Part shown: piece by piece, positions 17,321-35,577 of the stretch
Layout of the letters: each line of letters begins with the position of its first letter
Numbering within the stretch: the first letter of the stretch is position 1
Source of the DNA: the human T2T-CHM13v2.0 reference genome, Homo sapiens
NCBI RefSeq assembly: GCF_009914755.1
Contig: NC_060939.1
Strand: one strand, 5' to 3'
DNA length: 64,000 nt
Position numbers and translations under genes: made by a program
Notes under the pieces: generated by a model
What the model saw: only the letters and a program-made list of their open reading frames with translations
Database searches by the model: none
What the model was told of the DNA's origin: nothing

Positions 17321-18469
17321 TGGTTGTACAACAATATGAATGTACTTAACATTACTGACCTGTACACTTACACATGGTTAAGATGGTTAACTTACGTTAT
17401 GTGTATTTTACAATTTAATTTTTTTAAATTTAAGTATACATTTACATTCTAAATATTTATTAAACGCCCAACCATCCAGCTGTTTCAAAAAAGGCACATC
17501 TCCAAAGATGACCTACGATGATAACTACATTGGGCCTTGGCTGTTGGATTATTCCTACCAAGTTGAATTAAGAGGGACTTAAGTAACTCATTAATTAGAA
17601 CTTCATTACTAAGGTACTGAAGGATTTCATTGCATAGAAAATTAATGCATGTGGGGGTCTACAATTTTTAGTAGGGTTCTGATGTTTTCTATTAATATTT
17701 TGTTTTTATAGAGTCTTTAAAAAATAAGAAAACCCCACATTTCCACCTACATCATAATATCTAGTCACAATGACACTGTACCAACTCTAGATAATTAAAG
17801 CCAGCTTTTGCTCAGAGATCCCCGCCAGGGTTACCTCCTGAAAAGCAAGTAATGAACACTAAGCCATGTATTTTTTATTGGATTCTCTAAAGTAACATGA
17901 GTCAGGCTCCAAGTGTCAGAAGATCTGTCTCATGCTAACAAAAACAAAGATATTTACTGTTTAATCCCCTTTTATCCAAGTACATCAATGTTCTTGGCAA
18001 ACATTAATCAAACGGAAATTAAGGCATATCCTCAGGATATATGAAGGCATTGGGCTTTCAAAAACTCATACACGAAGCATCTAGATCCAACTACTAATTT
18101 ACAAAGCAACACATTGAACTACACCATGGCAACATAATTAGCAAAAACTGGACTGCGGGAAACTATGCAGGAAAAATGATCCAGTTTTTTCAACAAAATA
18201 AATTTCAAGGAAAAAAGAAAAGAAAAAGAGATAGAGTACGAACCTATAGCTTGAGACTTACAATAAGTGTCAACCAGTTGCAATACCTGAACCTTGATTA
18301 GAACAAAGCAGACAAAAAGAATATGACATTTATGAGACAATAGGAAATGCAAACACTGGCTTGATATTTGATAATATTAAGGAATTATAAACATTTTTAG
18401 GTGTCACAATGGTTTTGTGGTCATACATAGATATATAGATTTTTTTAAGTGCTTATGTTAGAGATAATC

Positions 18470-19003
18470 TGTCAGGGATCCCCAGACCACACCCAGGTTT
18501 GGTGATTTGGTAGGAGGGTTCACAAGACTCAGCATATAACTGTACTCGTGGCCAAGATTTATTACAGCAAAAAGACACGGAGCAAAATCAGCAAAAGTAA
18601 AAGGTGCATGACATAATGTTTAGAGGAAACCAAATACAGGTTTCGAAGAGCCCTCTCCCAGTGAAGTCACACAGGATGGGCTTAATTCCCCCAGCGGCTA
18701 GTTACAATAATGCTGTCTACCAGAGAGGCTCATTAGGGACACATTGCTCAGTTTTTACTGAGGACAGGTTACATAGGCAAACTCTGTATAGCACTTACTA
18801 AGATTCCAGACTCCCAGAAGGAAAGCAAGTATTCACCACAAACCATGTAGTTTGCACACAAAGCTTAGGTACAGTACACTACTACTAGTTAGGGTGGTTG
18901 AGAACCCTCCCAAAATCCAAGTTCCCAGATGCTCGCCAAGGGCCAACCTTGTAAACAGGCCTTCCAAAGGATAGCAATCAGGCCTGCTATGCTCTTTTCT
19001 GCA
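18470..19003. mobile_element. MER21-family LTR within an old L1M fragment
   Basis: tgtcagggatccccagaccacacccaggtttggtgatt...caagatttattacagcaaaag...ttttctgcaca. Confidence 0.7.
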
Positions 19004-19681
19004 CAGATACACAGTGGAATATCTGGGATGAATTAACAGTATGTCTGGGACTTGCTTCAAAATAACATGGAAAGGCAAAATGAGTGAGGATATAGCTGAC
19101 ATAAGATTGGCCAGGAGTTGATACTGTTGAAGTTGGGGCCCGGGCACATGGGAATTTATTGTACTGTTCTTTCTACTTTAGTATATATGTGAGATTTTCC
19201 CATAATAAAAAGTTTTGGTAGTTTTTAAACATAGGAGAAAACTCAGAGATAGTGCTTAGGCTATGAGTCAACAGAGCCTATAGGCTGGTGGGGATGAGAA
19301 TCAGAATTTATAGAACCCTTAGTCTATCACCAAGGCCTGAGGGAAGAAAGGCCTGAGGTGCAGGCCATATGTGAAAAAGGCTTTTGATTGGGACTCTCAA
19401 GAGTTAGTGAACATGTTTTGGAAGATAGAGATAGAAAAGGTAGCCTTTTGTCCAAGAAAAACTAAATCTCAGAGCCGGAAGTTTGAGAGTAATTTAATTA
19501 TAGCCACAGATTAAGTGGCTAGCAAATGATCTTAAATAATCTATGGAGCATTGCAAATGAGATGTATAATACTTTGAATCATTAATTCCAGAGCTATAAA
19601 ATAAATATGTAGCCACTCTTTCCCATAGCACATTAACAAAGAATGGAGAATGTTTCTTCCATTTCAAAAATTTATTACTGG

Positions 19682-20006
<325 letters not shown>

Positions 20007-20791
20007 TTATACAATAATATTATACTCTAGAAGACATTAGGCTCAGTGTGTCTAAAACCTTGACAACAAGGTCCACACACTAGAAATACCGTGCATTCTG
20101 AGTTACTGTTACACAGCCTCCATAGACAAGAATTGAAGGAAGTGAGGGAAATATAGGAAAAGTATATTCTTTATCTGAAACTATAATCTGTATTCAATAA
20201 TAAATTATCTGAAACAAAAATATTACGAAACCATATTTTAGCTTGTATCATACAAGAGTAGAAAAAAACAACTAAAAGCCCAAGAGCAAACTACGAGCAC
20301 AGCAAGCTTCACTGCCTGGCCCCTCGCTCCAACACCCCACAATCTGAGATGTCGACCTGTAATAGACAGAAAAGAATGAGGCAGGGAGGACCAGAGCAAA
20401 TCAGCAATACAGAGTCAAACATCTTCCCTATATCATATGAAGGAAATACATGTTTATCACTGAATGGTGTCATCTTTGATCTCCAAACAAAAAGCATTAA
20501 TGACTCATCATCAAAACATTCCCTATTACTAAGGATGGCTTTTCACTAATCCACCCATAATCTGCTATCCAATATGAACAAAAATATAAGATGAAATTTC
20601 TGGCTGGGGACCAGAACAAAGCCCACAGATGTACAAGGGACCAAGGGTCTTCTTGGTTCTGTGCTAACACCCACAGATCTTTCTTGCCAATGGAAATCAT
20701 TTAGTATTGGGTTACAAATATACTATAGTATTTAGTCACAGAGGTCCTTCAAAATAACATTATGATTAAATAAAAGATCTAATGTTATTTC

Positions 20792-21093
20792 TTGTTTTTT
20801 GTTTTTTGTTTTTAATGGAGTTTTGCTCTATCGCCCGGTCAGGAGTGCAGTGGCACCATCTCGGCTCACTGCATTCTCCCCCTCCTGGCTTTAAGAGATT
20901 CTCCTGACTCAGCCTCCCGAGTAGCTGGGACTTCAGGCACACACCACCACGTCCGGATAATTTTTGTATTTTTAGTAGAGATAGGTTTTTGCCAAGTTGG
21001 CCAGCCTAGTCTCGAACTCCTGACCTCAGGTGATCCACCCACTTTGGCCTCCCAAAGTGCTGGGAATACAGGCATGAGCCACTGTGCCTGGCC
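20792..21093 (-). mobile_element. AluS
   Basis: Full dimer flanked by tttcttgtt. Confidence 0.9.
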
Positions 21094-21429
21094 TTTCTTG
21101 TTATCTATTATCCTAGGTGCTAGGTGCCAAGCTACGGGCAAGTGTTAAGGATTCCGCTGAATTTATCTACCTGAGCACTTCAATACATAAGCAAGAACAG
21201 CTATTGCATAGACTTTACAATAAATGTTAAAGGTTGGCAATAACATAATTCTCAACAATGTCCTATTGGCAAATTAATTTTCCTTCTACTATCTACAAGT
21301 TTCAATGTTAGCTAGCATTCATTCTTGAGATATATGATATATATATATCCATATTTTTTGACATATATCAAAATATATTTAAGCCTAAAATACTAAAAAA
21401 ATTAAATTGACTTTAAAATGGCCAAAATT

Positions 21430-21985
21430 CAACTATCCAAAGCAAACCTAAGTGTCCAGTAACAAATGAATGGATAATGAAAATGTACTATACATATACA
21501 CAATAGAATACTACTAATCAGCCTTAGAAGGAAGTCTTGTCATTTGGGACAATGAATGAACCTGGAGGACATTATGTTAAGTGAAATAAGCTAGTCACAG
21601 AGATATAAATACTGCATGATTTCACTTATATGTGGATTGTAAAAAAAAGTCAAAGTCATAGAAGCAGAGAGTGAAATGGAGATTACCAGAGGCTGAGGGC
21701 CAGGAACATTGAGGAACTACTGGTCAAAAAACACAAAATTTCAGTTAGACAGGAAGAGTAAGTTCCAGAGATCTATTGTACTTCATGATAATCAATGGTT
21801 AATAACAATATATTGTATATCTGAATATTGTTGACAGTAGATTTTGTGTTCTCATCACAAAAGAAAGTGAGGTAATGCATATGTTAAACAGCTTGATTTA
21901 GGTATTCCATAGTGTATACATATACCAAAACATCATATTGTAAGCCACAAATATATACAGTATTTACTTGTCAATTAAAATAAGT
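21430..21985 (+). mobile_element. L1MA-type 3' UTR fragment
   Basis: gaacctggaggacattatgttaagtgaaataag...ttacttgtcaattaaaa. Confidence 0.75.
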
Positions 21986-22198
21986 AAATAGATAGATAAA
22001 TAGAAGTTTAAGAAGCAAAAATGGACTCTGAGTGGTCAAAAGAGAAGGCATAAAGTCCTTGCATGCATTAAAGCTTTTCTTGAGAGAGAATCCCTTGTTT
22101 TCATTCAAAAACTCTACCTCTAGTCTTATTTTATAATTTTATCTGTTATACAGTTTCCAAGTTCATCTGAGTTTAAGTTAGAAAATTCATGTTGTCCT

Positions 22199-22403
22199 CA
22201 GGGTGGGGAACATCACACCCCAGGGCCTGGCGTGGGGTGGGAGGCAGGGGGAGGGATAGCATTAGGAGAAAAACCTAATGTAAATGATGAGTTAATGGGT
22301 GCAGCAAACCAACATGGCACATGTGTAACAAACCTGCACATTGTGCACATGTACCCTAGAACTTAAAGTATAATTTTTAAAAAAAAGAGAAATGAAAAAA
22401 AAA
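22199..22403 (+). mobile_element. 5'-truncated L1PA (last ~200 bp)
   Basis: L1PA 3' end (ggggagggatagcattaggag...cctagaacttaaagtataat) with A-tail. 19-bp TSD agaaaatt(c/a)atgttgtcct at 22180-22198 and 22404-22422. Confidence 0.93.
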
Positions 22404-23267
22404 AGAAAATTAATGTTGTCCTAAGTAGCATAAACTGGCCTGAGTTAAGCTAAGGCAGGCAAAGAAGATTATAAGGATATAGGTCCCTTCATGAAGTCCA
22501 AGAACAGGAACAGTGCTTCAGACAGGACTGGAAGCAGGGCTTAGATGGCTCATCATCCCTCTTGGTTTCTCATCTCTGCTCATTTGTGTATATCTGCCCC
22601 CTGTGCTTTCTAGGCCACATGACTGGTAAAAGATGCCCACTGCATAGCTCCTGAGCTTCAAGTTTACAGGTGTAACTACAGAAAGTAAGCTTCCTCCCCT
22701 GGAAACGTCCAGGAAATGGACACGGAATGACTAGGTTGCCACTCCTGGTCCAGTCCCTTGTGGCTGAGGTGAAAGAGGAAGTCGAGTTATAAAATGGCTG
22801 GGGATTAAAGAAGGTTCTTAAAATCTAGGAAGACCCTCCAAAGAGTATTCACTAAGGAAGAAAAGCTGTGAAAATACAGGGATCTAGAGGAGCTTTGAAA
22901 ATATAACAAAAAGTAAGGGTTTATGACATTATCATGAAGGACGCAGGCCCTCCAAATATTTTGACTTGAGGTATATGGGCAAATATCCCATAACACCTTA
23001 GTAGACTATGAGGGCTTCATTGTACTATTGGACTATTGATGACTCAACACTGAGAAAAGTTTAAGTTCTATTCAATATACACTTTGAGAAGAATGCAATG
23101 CCTCCCTCAGTCAACCCCATGAGGTGCTGTGAAACTGGAATGCCCTTCCTTCAGGGTAGTCCTGAGTTGGCACAATGGGGATGGGCCTTTACTAAACCTG
23201 TGCAACAACCAGTCAGTCACCGATATAGGCTGCCCTGCAAGAGGGTGTGATCTTAGTTGAAACAGCT

Positions 23268-23599
<332 letters not shown>

Positions 23600-23708
23600 T
23601 GAGGAGTCAGGATGGCAAGTCTCAACAAATTTCAAAAAATATACGCAGATATTCATTGTTCACAGTGAAATTATGCTAGAAGTTGAGAGCAGATGTCCTG
23701 AAATAGCT

Positions 23709-24500
<792 letters not shown>

Positions 24501-25609
24501 GTTTGTACAGATATAATCTATGTAAACAATTCCCTATTGCTGGACATCTACGTTATCTCCACTTGGATACACTATTCCACAGCACTGACATAATCATCCT
24601 TCCAATATTCATTCATGCTTATTTCCTGAAAATAAATCTTAAAATTATGACTGTTAGCTCAAAGGGTGTAAAAAATTCTAAGGCTTCTGATACATATATT
24701 GTGTTAAACTGCCCTATAGAAAGACTGAACGAATTTTACTCCCACTAGCAGTTTGTGATAGTGTTCATTTCCCTAAGAAATAAGTGTGATTTTAAAAAAT
24801 ATTTATTAATTTGTTTGGTTAAAAAAAAACCTCTTCATTTTAATGTGCATTTCTTACATTACTGAGTTGAACACTTCCTCAATGTTTACAGGCTAAGTTT
24901 CTTTTGTGAATTGCCTTAGTGTTTTCTATTCTTCTATTAAGGTGTTAGTCTTTCTCACAGATATTATTACTTTTTATATATTGATATTGAGCCCTGAACC
25001 AAAGAATTAAAAATATTTTCCTGTTCTGTCAGATGGCCTATTAATGTCCTTTTGAACATGTTGTTGTTGTAGAGAGCTTGAAACTGTATATTCTTGTCAA
25101 TTTTTTCCTTTATGGTTTGCCTTCATTTGATGTTTAGAAGTACCAACCCCATACCAAGATTATTATGTGAATACTCACCCATATTAACCCCTAATGGAAT
25201 AGCAGTGGTAAAGACTTGATGAATTTCTACAAATGTCTTGCTGGCTCAGGAATGTAGTCAGGAATTCCATAAAGCATATCAAATGTAAGATATCATTTAA
25301 GATTTTTAAAAACTAGAGCTACTACTAGATTCTAGGCTTTGTGGGGCAGAGCCAAGGCAAGGCAAAATTGTGATGTGACTGAAATTGCTTTTAGTGGCCC
25401 AAAGTATCTCCTTTTTTCTTTGCCCTTTTACTCCTGAAGCAGCTTCTCCTCCATCCCCAGTTCTAGCTACCTATCTCATTCTCAGTGAAGGAAGGACTGA
25501 TACTTGTTTACCATAAGACATTAAAGATATTTAAGCTTTTAAAATAACAACTTGCAAAGAGGATGGCCAAGAAAAGGTTAGAAGATTCTGAAGCATTAAT
25601 GGATTTTCT

Positions 25610-27030
<1,421 letters not shown>

Positions 27031-27218
27031 TTCTTTTATTTGTAGCCTTTCTTAGTACCCTCCAAATCAGTTCATTCAGGTAGCTTTCTCCTTTTCTCTC
27101 CCTTCTCTCAAAAAACGTTCTTCTTAGTTCATGCCTAATCCAAGAGGCTAATCCCAACACCAAAAAATGGATCAGGAGTGAGGCATCTCAATTCTAAAAG
27201 CATCAAACAATGCTTTAA

Positions 27219-27573
<355 letters not shown>

Positions 27574-27620
27574 AGAAAACGTTTTTTTTTTACTCAAAAA
27601 TGTCTCTTTGAAATACCTTT

Positions 27621-27930
27621 GGCCAGGTGTGGTGTCTCATGCCTGTTATCCCACCATTTTGGAAGGCCAAGGAGGGAGGATCGCTTGAGCCCCAGGGCTC
27701 AAGACCAGCCTAGGCAACATTGTGAGGCCCCGTTTCTACAAAAAAATACAAAAATTAGCTGGGCGTGGTGGTGTGTCTGTAGTTCCAGCTGCTTGGGAGA
27801 CTGAGGTGGGAGAATTGCTTTAGCCCAGGAGTTCAAGGCTGCAGTGAGGTATGATTGTGCCACTGTACTCCAGCCTGGATGACAGAACAAATCCCTGGCT
27901 CTAAATAATAAAAATAAAAATAAGATAAAA
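27621..27930 (+). mobile_element. AluJ
   Basis: J-type arms, head-to-head with the AluY. Confidence 0.87.
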
Positions 27931-28147
27931 TTGAAAAAGGAATATATTTGTTTACACTACTTGAAAAAAGAAAATATTTGTTTTTTTCTGATTATAAAAG
28001 AATGTATGTTGATTATAACAATTCAGATATTACATAATTGAATAAAGTATTAATAGAAAATGAAAATCTCCCAAAACCCTCTTGCCCACAGAAAAAAATA
28101 TTTTAAGCAGTCTAAACAGTCTAGTATAAACTTCCATAACATAGGCA

Positions 28148-28177
28148 TACACACAGACACACACACACATACATATA

Positions 28178-28213
<36 letters not shown>
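28148..28213. repeat. Compound (CA)n microsatellite
   Basis: About 17 uninterrupted CA units at ~28180-28213 plus interrupted CA upstream. Confidence 0.93.
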
Positions 28214-28215
<2 letters not shown>

Positions 28216-28346
28216 TATTTTACTTTTCTCTATTTAACAATATATCCTAGACATTTATCCATATTAATATGAGATGCTGTTAATTATCTTTTTTAAATAG
28301 TGGTCAAGATAGTATTTATATATATAAACTAATATTAAATTTTTGT

Positions 28347-28617
28347 TTGGGAGGCCAAAGCGGGCAGATCACCTGAGGTCAGGAGTTCCAGACCAGCCAG
28401 GCCAGTGAAACCTCGTCTCTACTAAAAATATAAAAATTATCCGGGCATGGCGGCACACACCTGTAATCCCAACTACTCAGGAGGCTGAAGCAGGAGAATT
28501 GCTTGAACCTGGGAGTCAGAGGTTACAGTGAGCCAAGATCGCGCCACTGCACTCCAGCCTATGCAACAGAGTGAGACTCCATCCCAATACATATATACAT
28601 ACATACATACATACATA
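28347..28617 (+). mobile_element. 5'-truncated AluS with (TACA)n tail
   Basis: Starts at ttgggaggcc; flanked by taaattttt. Confidence 0.87.
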
Positions 28618-29159
28618 AATTTTTGAAATTCACAAAACCTGACAAAATGGATTCTAATTAGATCAGAAGTACTTCAGGGTCTAACACTGAACAACAGAGA
28701 GTAGAGACAAAATATAAAATAAAGCTCGTAATTATTCTGTATCATTTGTACATAAGATCTAAATATTTAATAGTGCTGTAATTGCAGACTTGCCATATTT
28801 ACCTATAGTGCATTTACAAACTCTCTTTCTCACTCCAAACCAGAAATAATATAACCTCTGACCATACCACATCTATAGAAGTGTCTGATCAGTAAGGCCA
28901 GCCATTTCCAAAACTTATAGTAAGAGAACAGAGAGGATACCAACCTAGTTGACAAATGTAAAAGGCAGATGAACACATACAGGGGTTTGCAAGTGTCAGC
29001 CTCCATTTAAAGTAATCAATTCTCTCATTGTGCCATTAGTAAATAACATTTTGGTTGATTTCTTCAGTTACACAAAGAATTAGTGTCTTCCTTTATGATT
29101 AAGGAAACAGAGATTGCCTTGTAAGTCTCAGCAAACGATACAAATTTAAGTACAAGTTG

Positions 29160-29640
29160 AAATCCTGTCATTTGGAGCAACATGGATAGAACCAGAGGTC
29201 ATTATGTTAAGTGAAATAAGCCAGGCACAGAAAGACAAATATCACATGTTCTCATTCATATGTGAGAGCTAAAAAAGTAGGTCTCATGAAGACAAGAGAG
29301 TAGACTGGTGGATACCAGAGGCCAGGCAAGGTAGCAGGGAGGGGGAGATAAAGAGAGGTTGATTAATGGGCACAAATATTAATATACAGTTTGATAGAAG
29401 AAATAAGATCTAGTGTTCAACAGATCAGTGGGATAACTACAGGTTACAATAATCTACTGTATATTTCAAAATAGCTAACAGACTAATTTGAATGTTTCTA
29501 GCATAAAGAAAAAACAAATAGGGAAGGTGATGGCTATCCCAATTACACTGATTAGATCTTTATAAATTATATCAATGTATTAAATTATAACATTACCCGC
29601 AAAATATGTACATCTATTATGTATCAATAAAAAATAAATT
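29160..29640 (+). mobile_element. L1MA-type 3' UTR fragment
   Basis: aatcctgtcatttggagcaacatggatag...aaaatatgtacatctattatgtatcaataaaa. Confidence 0.78.
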
Positions 29641-29642
29641 TA

Positions 29643-29950
29643 GGCTGGGCATGGTGGCTCACACCTGTAAATGCCAGCACTTTGGGAGGCCAAGGTGGGA
29701 GGATCTCTTGAGTCAAGGAGTTCAGGACAAGGAGTTCAGCCTGGGCAATATAGTGAGATGCTGTCTCTAAAAAAAAAAATAAAGAAATTTGCCAGGCATG
29801 GTGGCGCATATCTGTAGTTCCAGCTACTCAGGAGGCTGAAGTGGGAGGATCACTTGAACCTGGGAGGATGATGCAGTGAGCTAAGATTGTGCCATTGCAC
29901 ACCAGCCTGGGTGACAGAGCAAGACCATGTCTAGGAAAAATAATAATAAA
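29643..29950 (+). mobile_element. AluJ
   Basis: Dimer in the L1 tail, flanked by aaaataaattt(t)ag. Confidence 0.87.
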
Positions 29951-30926
29951 TTTACAAAAATAAATTTTAGAAACAACAAAACTGAATGAAATAAAAACTG
30001 TATCAAAAAAATTAAGTAAGTGGAAACTTATTATGTTCGTCTCCTGATATGGTCAAATTTTCTTAATTTCCTAACTACTTTTTTTCCACAAGGGTCCTAT
30101 GTATTTTCTCACTTCTAAGAGGTATTATCTACCTCTACTTTAACTTTCCATACCAAATGAACAAATTTACCAAACATTTTACCATTAATCTAAAACTTAA
30201 CAGGAATGGGTTAGCACATGATCGACATTGCTTTACCATCAACTTCACATAAGTGTTCAGAAACCAGGCGGAAGTGAAACCCTAAGTTGAAGGAGCTTTT
30301 AACGCTTGCATGAAAATTTTCTAGACCTTCAAAGGCTGTTGCTGCTGTTTCTCCTTCTCCTTTTTTTTTTTTTTTTTTTGCCTTTTTAAATATCTTGTTC
30401 TCTTCTTTCCCCCACTGAAATTCAAGAATTTGCAGATACCATAAACTTGGGATATCCTAGAAACAACCATGGTTAGAAAACTGATATGTTTCTACACACT
30501 CATCCTTTAATTGATGTCCTCCACCCACTCACTCTTACTCATACCCAGCTAGCTTCTCCCATATTATTGAAACTTCAATCCTTGCCTCTGTCATGTTCAG
30601 GTTTCTAAGCCTGGGGAAGATAACACTTTAAAATGCCGTAAGTACAGTGGGAAAGGACTGAGGAGGTAGCCAGAAAACCTAGAAATTATGACTAGGACTG
30701 GATTCTTTGGCATTAATACCCATGTTTTGCAATGTCCAAAGCATGACTAGAATTGATCTTTCACCCCCGAATGCTGTCATATTCCCATATTACCTGTATT
30801 TCTGTGCCTAAATAACACCATATAGACAAATTCTCCAATTTTATATTAACTTTATTCACATTGAAGCTGCCACATCTTACATTAGGAATGCTTTCAGCTA
30901 CAAGGAACAGAAAAGTCTGACAGAAC

Positions 30927-31213
30927 GCTGGGCGAGGTGGCTCACGTCGGTAATCCCAGCATTTTGGGACACCAAGGCGGGTGGATCGCGAGGTCAGGAG
31001 TTCAAGACCAGATGGTGAAACCCTGTCTCTACTAAAAATACAAAAATTAGCCGGGCATGGTGGCGGGCACCTGTAATCCCAGCTACTCAGGAGGTTGAGG
31101 CAGAGAATTGCTTGGACCCAGCAGGCAGAGGTTGCAGGGAGCTGAGATCGCACCACTGCACTCCAGCCCGGGCGACACAGCGAGACTCCATCTCAAAAAA
31201 AAAAAAGAAAAAA
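30927..31213 (+). mobile_element. AluS
   Basis: TSD gaaaagtctgacag at 30910-30923 and 31214-31227. Confidence 0.93.
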
Positions 31214-31330
31214 GAAAAGTCTGACAGGTAGGTTAAACTCTTAGGAGTTTGTATCCTTAACAAGAAGTCCAGAGAAGGTTATCTCGGGGCTATTCTGGCA
31301 GCTCAATAATGTCGTTAAGAACTCAGACTC

Positions 31331-32223
31331 GGCAGTTCCCATTATCTTCGGGAGCTGTGGAGGTAGGAATTTAAGACAGGCCCATTTTATTAATTTATTT
31401 TCAAATGCAACAAAAGGTCCAAGGACAATCTGTGGGCCACTTAATTCAGGGCCCTCAATTCGTACATGGAGAACTCTCAGATACAGCCAAAGCCATGGGT
31501 TTTGGAGACCTGAAAAGCCCCGCCGGCCTCCAGGTGCTCAATGATTACCTGACAGACAAGAGCTACATCAAGGGGTATGTGCCATCACAAGCAGATGTGG
31601 CAGTATTTGAAGCAGTGCCCCGCCCACTGCCTGCCGACTTGTGTCATGCTCTATGTTGGTATAATCACATCAAGTCTTACGAAAAGGAAAAGGCCAGCCT
31701 GCCAGGAGTGAAGAAAGCTTTGGGCAAGTATGGTCCTGCAGATGTGGAAGACACTACAGGAAGTGGAGCTACAGATAGTAAAGATGATGATGACATTGAT
31801 CTCTCTGGATCTGATGATGAGGAAGAAAGTGAAGAAGCAAAGAGGCTAAGGGAAGAACGTCTTGCACAATATGAATCAAAGAAAGCCAAAAAACCTGCAC
31901 TTGTTTCCAAGTCTTCCATCTTATTAGATGTGAAATCTTGGGATGATGAGACAGATATGGCGAAATTAGAGGGCGTCAGAAGCATTCAAGCAGACGTCTT
32001 AGTCTGGGACTCATCTAAACTAGTTCCAGTGGGATACAGAATTAAGAAACTTCAAATACAGTGTGTAGTTGAGGATGATAAAGTTGGAACAGATATGCTG
32101 GAGGAGCAGATCACTGCGTTTGAGGACTATGTGCAGCCCATGGATGTGGCTGCTTTCAACAAGATCTAAAATCCATCCTGGATCATGGCATTTAAATAAA
32201 AGCTTGAAAGATTAAAAAAAAAA
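31331..32223 (+). pseudogene. EEF1B2P1: Processed retrocopy of EEF1B2 (eEF1B-alpha), ORF uninterrupted
   Basis: Intronless ORF from ATG 31495 to TAA 32169 ([11 protein letters not shown]...DVAAFNKI, 224 aa). AATAAA at 32195-32200, A-tail at 32214-32223, TSD-like tcagactc at 31323-31330 and 32228-32235. Antisense to MYO5A. Confidence 0.93.
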
Positions 32224-32237
32224 TTTTTCAGACTCTT

Positions 32238-32850
<613 letters not shown>

Positions 32851-32861
32851 TTCAGTCCCTT

Positions 32862-33153
32862 GGCCAGATGCAGTGGCTCATGCTTGTAATCCAGCAATTT
32901 GGGAGGACAAGGAGGGTGGATCTCTTGAGGTCAGGAGTTCAACACCAGCCTGGCCAACATGGTGAAACCCTGACTCTACTAAAAATACAAAATTAGCCGG
33001 CGTGGTTGCCTGCACCTGTAATCCCAGATACACAGGTGGCTGAGGTGTGACAATCACTTGAACCCGAGAGGGGGAGGTGGCAGTGAGCCGAGATTGTGCC
33101 ACTGCACTCCAGCCTGGGCTATAGAATGAAACGCTGTCTCAAAATAAAAAAAA
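32862..33153 (+). mobile_element. AluS
   Basis: Full dimer. Confidence 0.9.
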
Positions 33154-33841
33154 GAATTCAGATTCTGTCTTTCTGCTCTACCTTCTTAGCTTGTTAACTT
33201 TTCATTCTGAGGCTTGTCACCTTATGATTACAATTTGGCTGCCAAAGACTCCATATATCACATTACATACTTAAGGATGGAAGAAAGAGAGTATATATAC
33301 AAACAAATGTTTCTATTCCTTTTATGAGAGAAGCTACTTTTTTTTCCCCCTGTAGAGGTCTTCCAGAAGATTTCTGGTTATATCACATTAGCCAGAACTA
33401 AATCACACAGCTGGCCCTAACTGCAAGGGAAGTTAGAAAAAGGCATATTTGTCTTCGAACCTCTATAACAGAAGGAGAAATGGGTTTGGAACTGACTTTA
33501 GGATTCAAGCAACAGTTTATGACACATGTCTATATTACACATAAAATGCTAATTATGCTAGTTAATTACAACTGGGTGCAGTACCTTTAAAAGCCCTCGT
33601 TTAGAATACAGTTCTCCTTTCCAGCAGAAAACTGGTTAAGAATGTTGATGATGGAAACATTAAAAAGGGACTGGAATGAAAGTTACAGCTTTGTCAGATG
33701 GTGCTGACATTGCTGAGTTGTAGACAGATTACAATCGAAAGAGTATCCATAGCCAAATCCTAACTAGAATGAAGGGAAAATTTTAATAGTGTACATAGCT
33801 GATGTCCTAAAACGTTCCAGAAGCTTTAAGAGTGTGATAAG

Positions 33842-34144
<303 letters not shown>

Positions 34145-35202
34145 CTATCTAGGGCTACCACTTTTTTAAAATAAGAAAATAGATTTTTATAAATTATTTA
34201 AAATAGACAAGCCAATAATGCTACCTAAGAGTTAACATTAAGGGACTCTATTATGATATGCCAAGTACTGGGCTTTACATATATATGTATGTATCTAATC
34301 TCTCAACTGCCCTATCAGGAAAGTACATTCACTAACTTGCTTATGGTCACACAAGGAGAAGCTCAACCTAACTCTAGAGATGATGCCCTTAACCATATTA
34401 CGTTACTGTTTGTTATTTTATTTGTTCTCCTTGGTGTTTCTTATTCATTTTATGTATTTGTTATTTAATCATTCAAATTTGTAAAGTTTAACTCTTGTTT
34501 ATAAATTGTAAATTGTCTTTCTCTATTTTCTTTTCATAGTATTTCTGGTTCACACAAGTCCTAAAATGGCAAAGCTGTTTCAATCATATCTTTCAAAAAC
34601 TTAGAATCAGATAATCCAAGTGGATTTTGTAGCTAGTTTTATGAAAACTTTGATAAAATTACAACAAACATTGTTAGGGTTTTATAAGGAAAAAAAAAAA
34701 AAGTAGAACTAACCTGACAAAACAAACCACCAAAAAAGGCATCACAACACACAATGTACAAACAACAAAAGTAGAAACATAAATATACATCTATATTAGT
34801 CCTATGTGTTCTAAATCCCTCCTTTGTTTCATCTACTGTGAGTTTGCTACCTCCATAGCACACTGGCCAAGATTACTTGTAGGCATACCATTGGTTCCCT
34901 GAATTATTGGGCTATTATTCCCCGCCTCACCCCCACCCCCTGCCAAAACATTAACCCTGTTTACTCCACACATAGCTGGTAACACACATGTGGTTAATTA
35001 TACCCAAATCTCTAGTCTCAAACTACTGTACTTAGCTTTTTATTTTAGGTTTTTATGCTTCCCTTTTTCTTTTACTGTCTTTTTCTTTACATCTTTATTA
35101 TTATGTTCCCAGAAATTTAGCTCCTGAACATACATAAGATCCTTGCATATTTTCAACAATACAATGAAATCCGTACCTTCTTATCTACCAAAAAAACCGT
35201 AA

Positions 35203-35577
<375 letters not shown>

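Noticed and set aside
31677-31985. 102-aa Ser-rich minus-strand ORF
   Set aside because: Antisense shadow of the acidic region of the EEF1B2 retrocopy.
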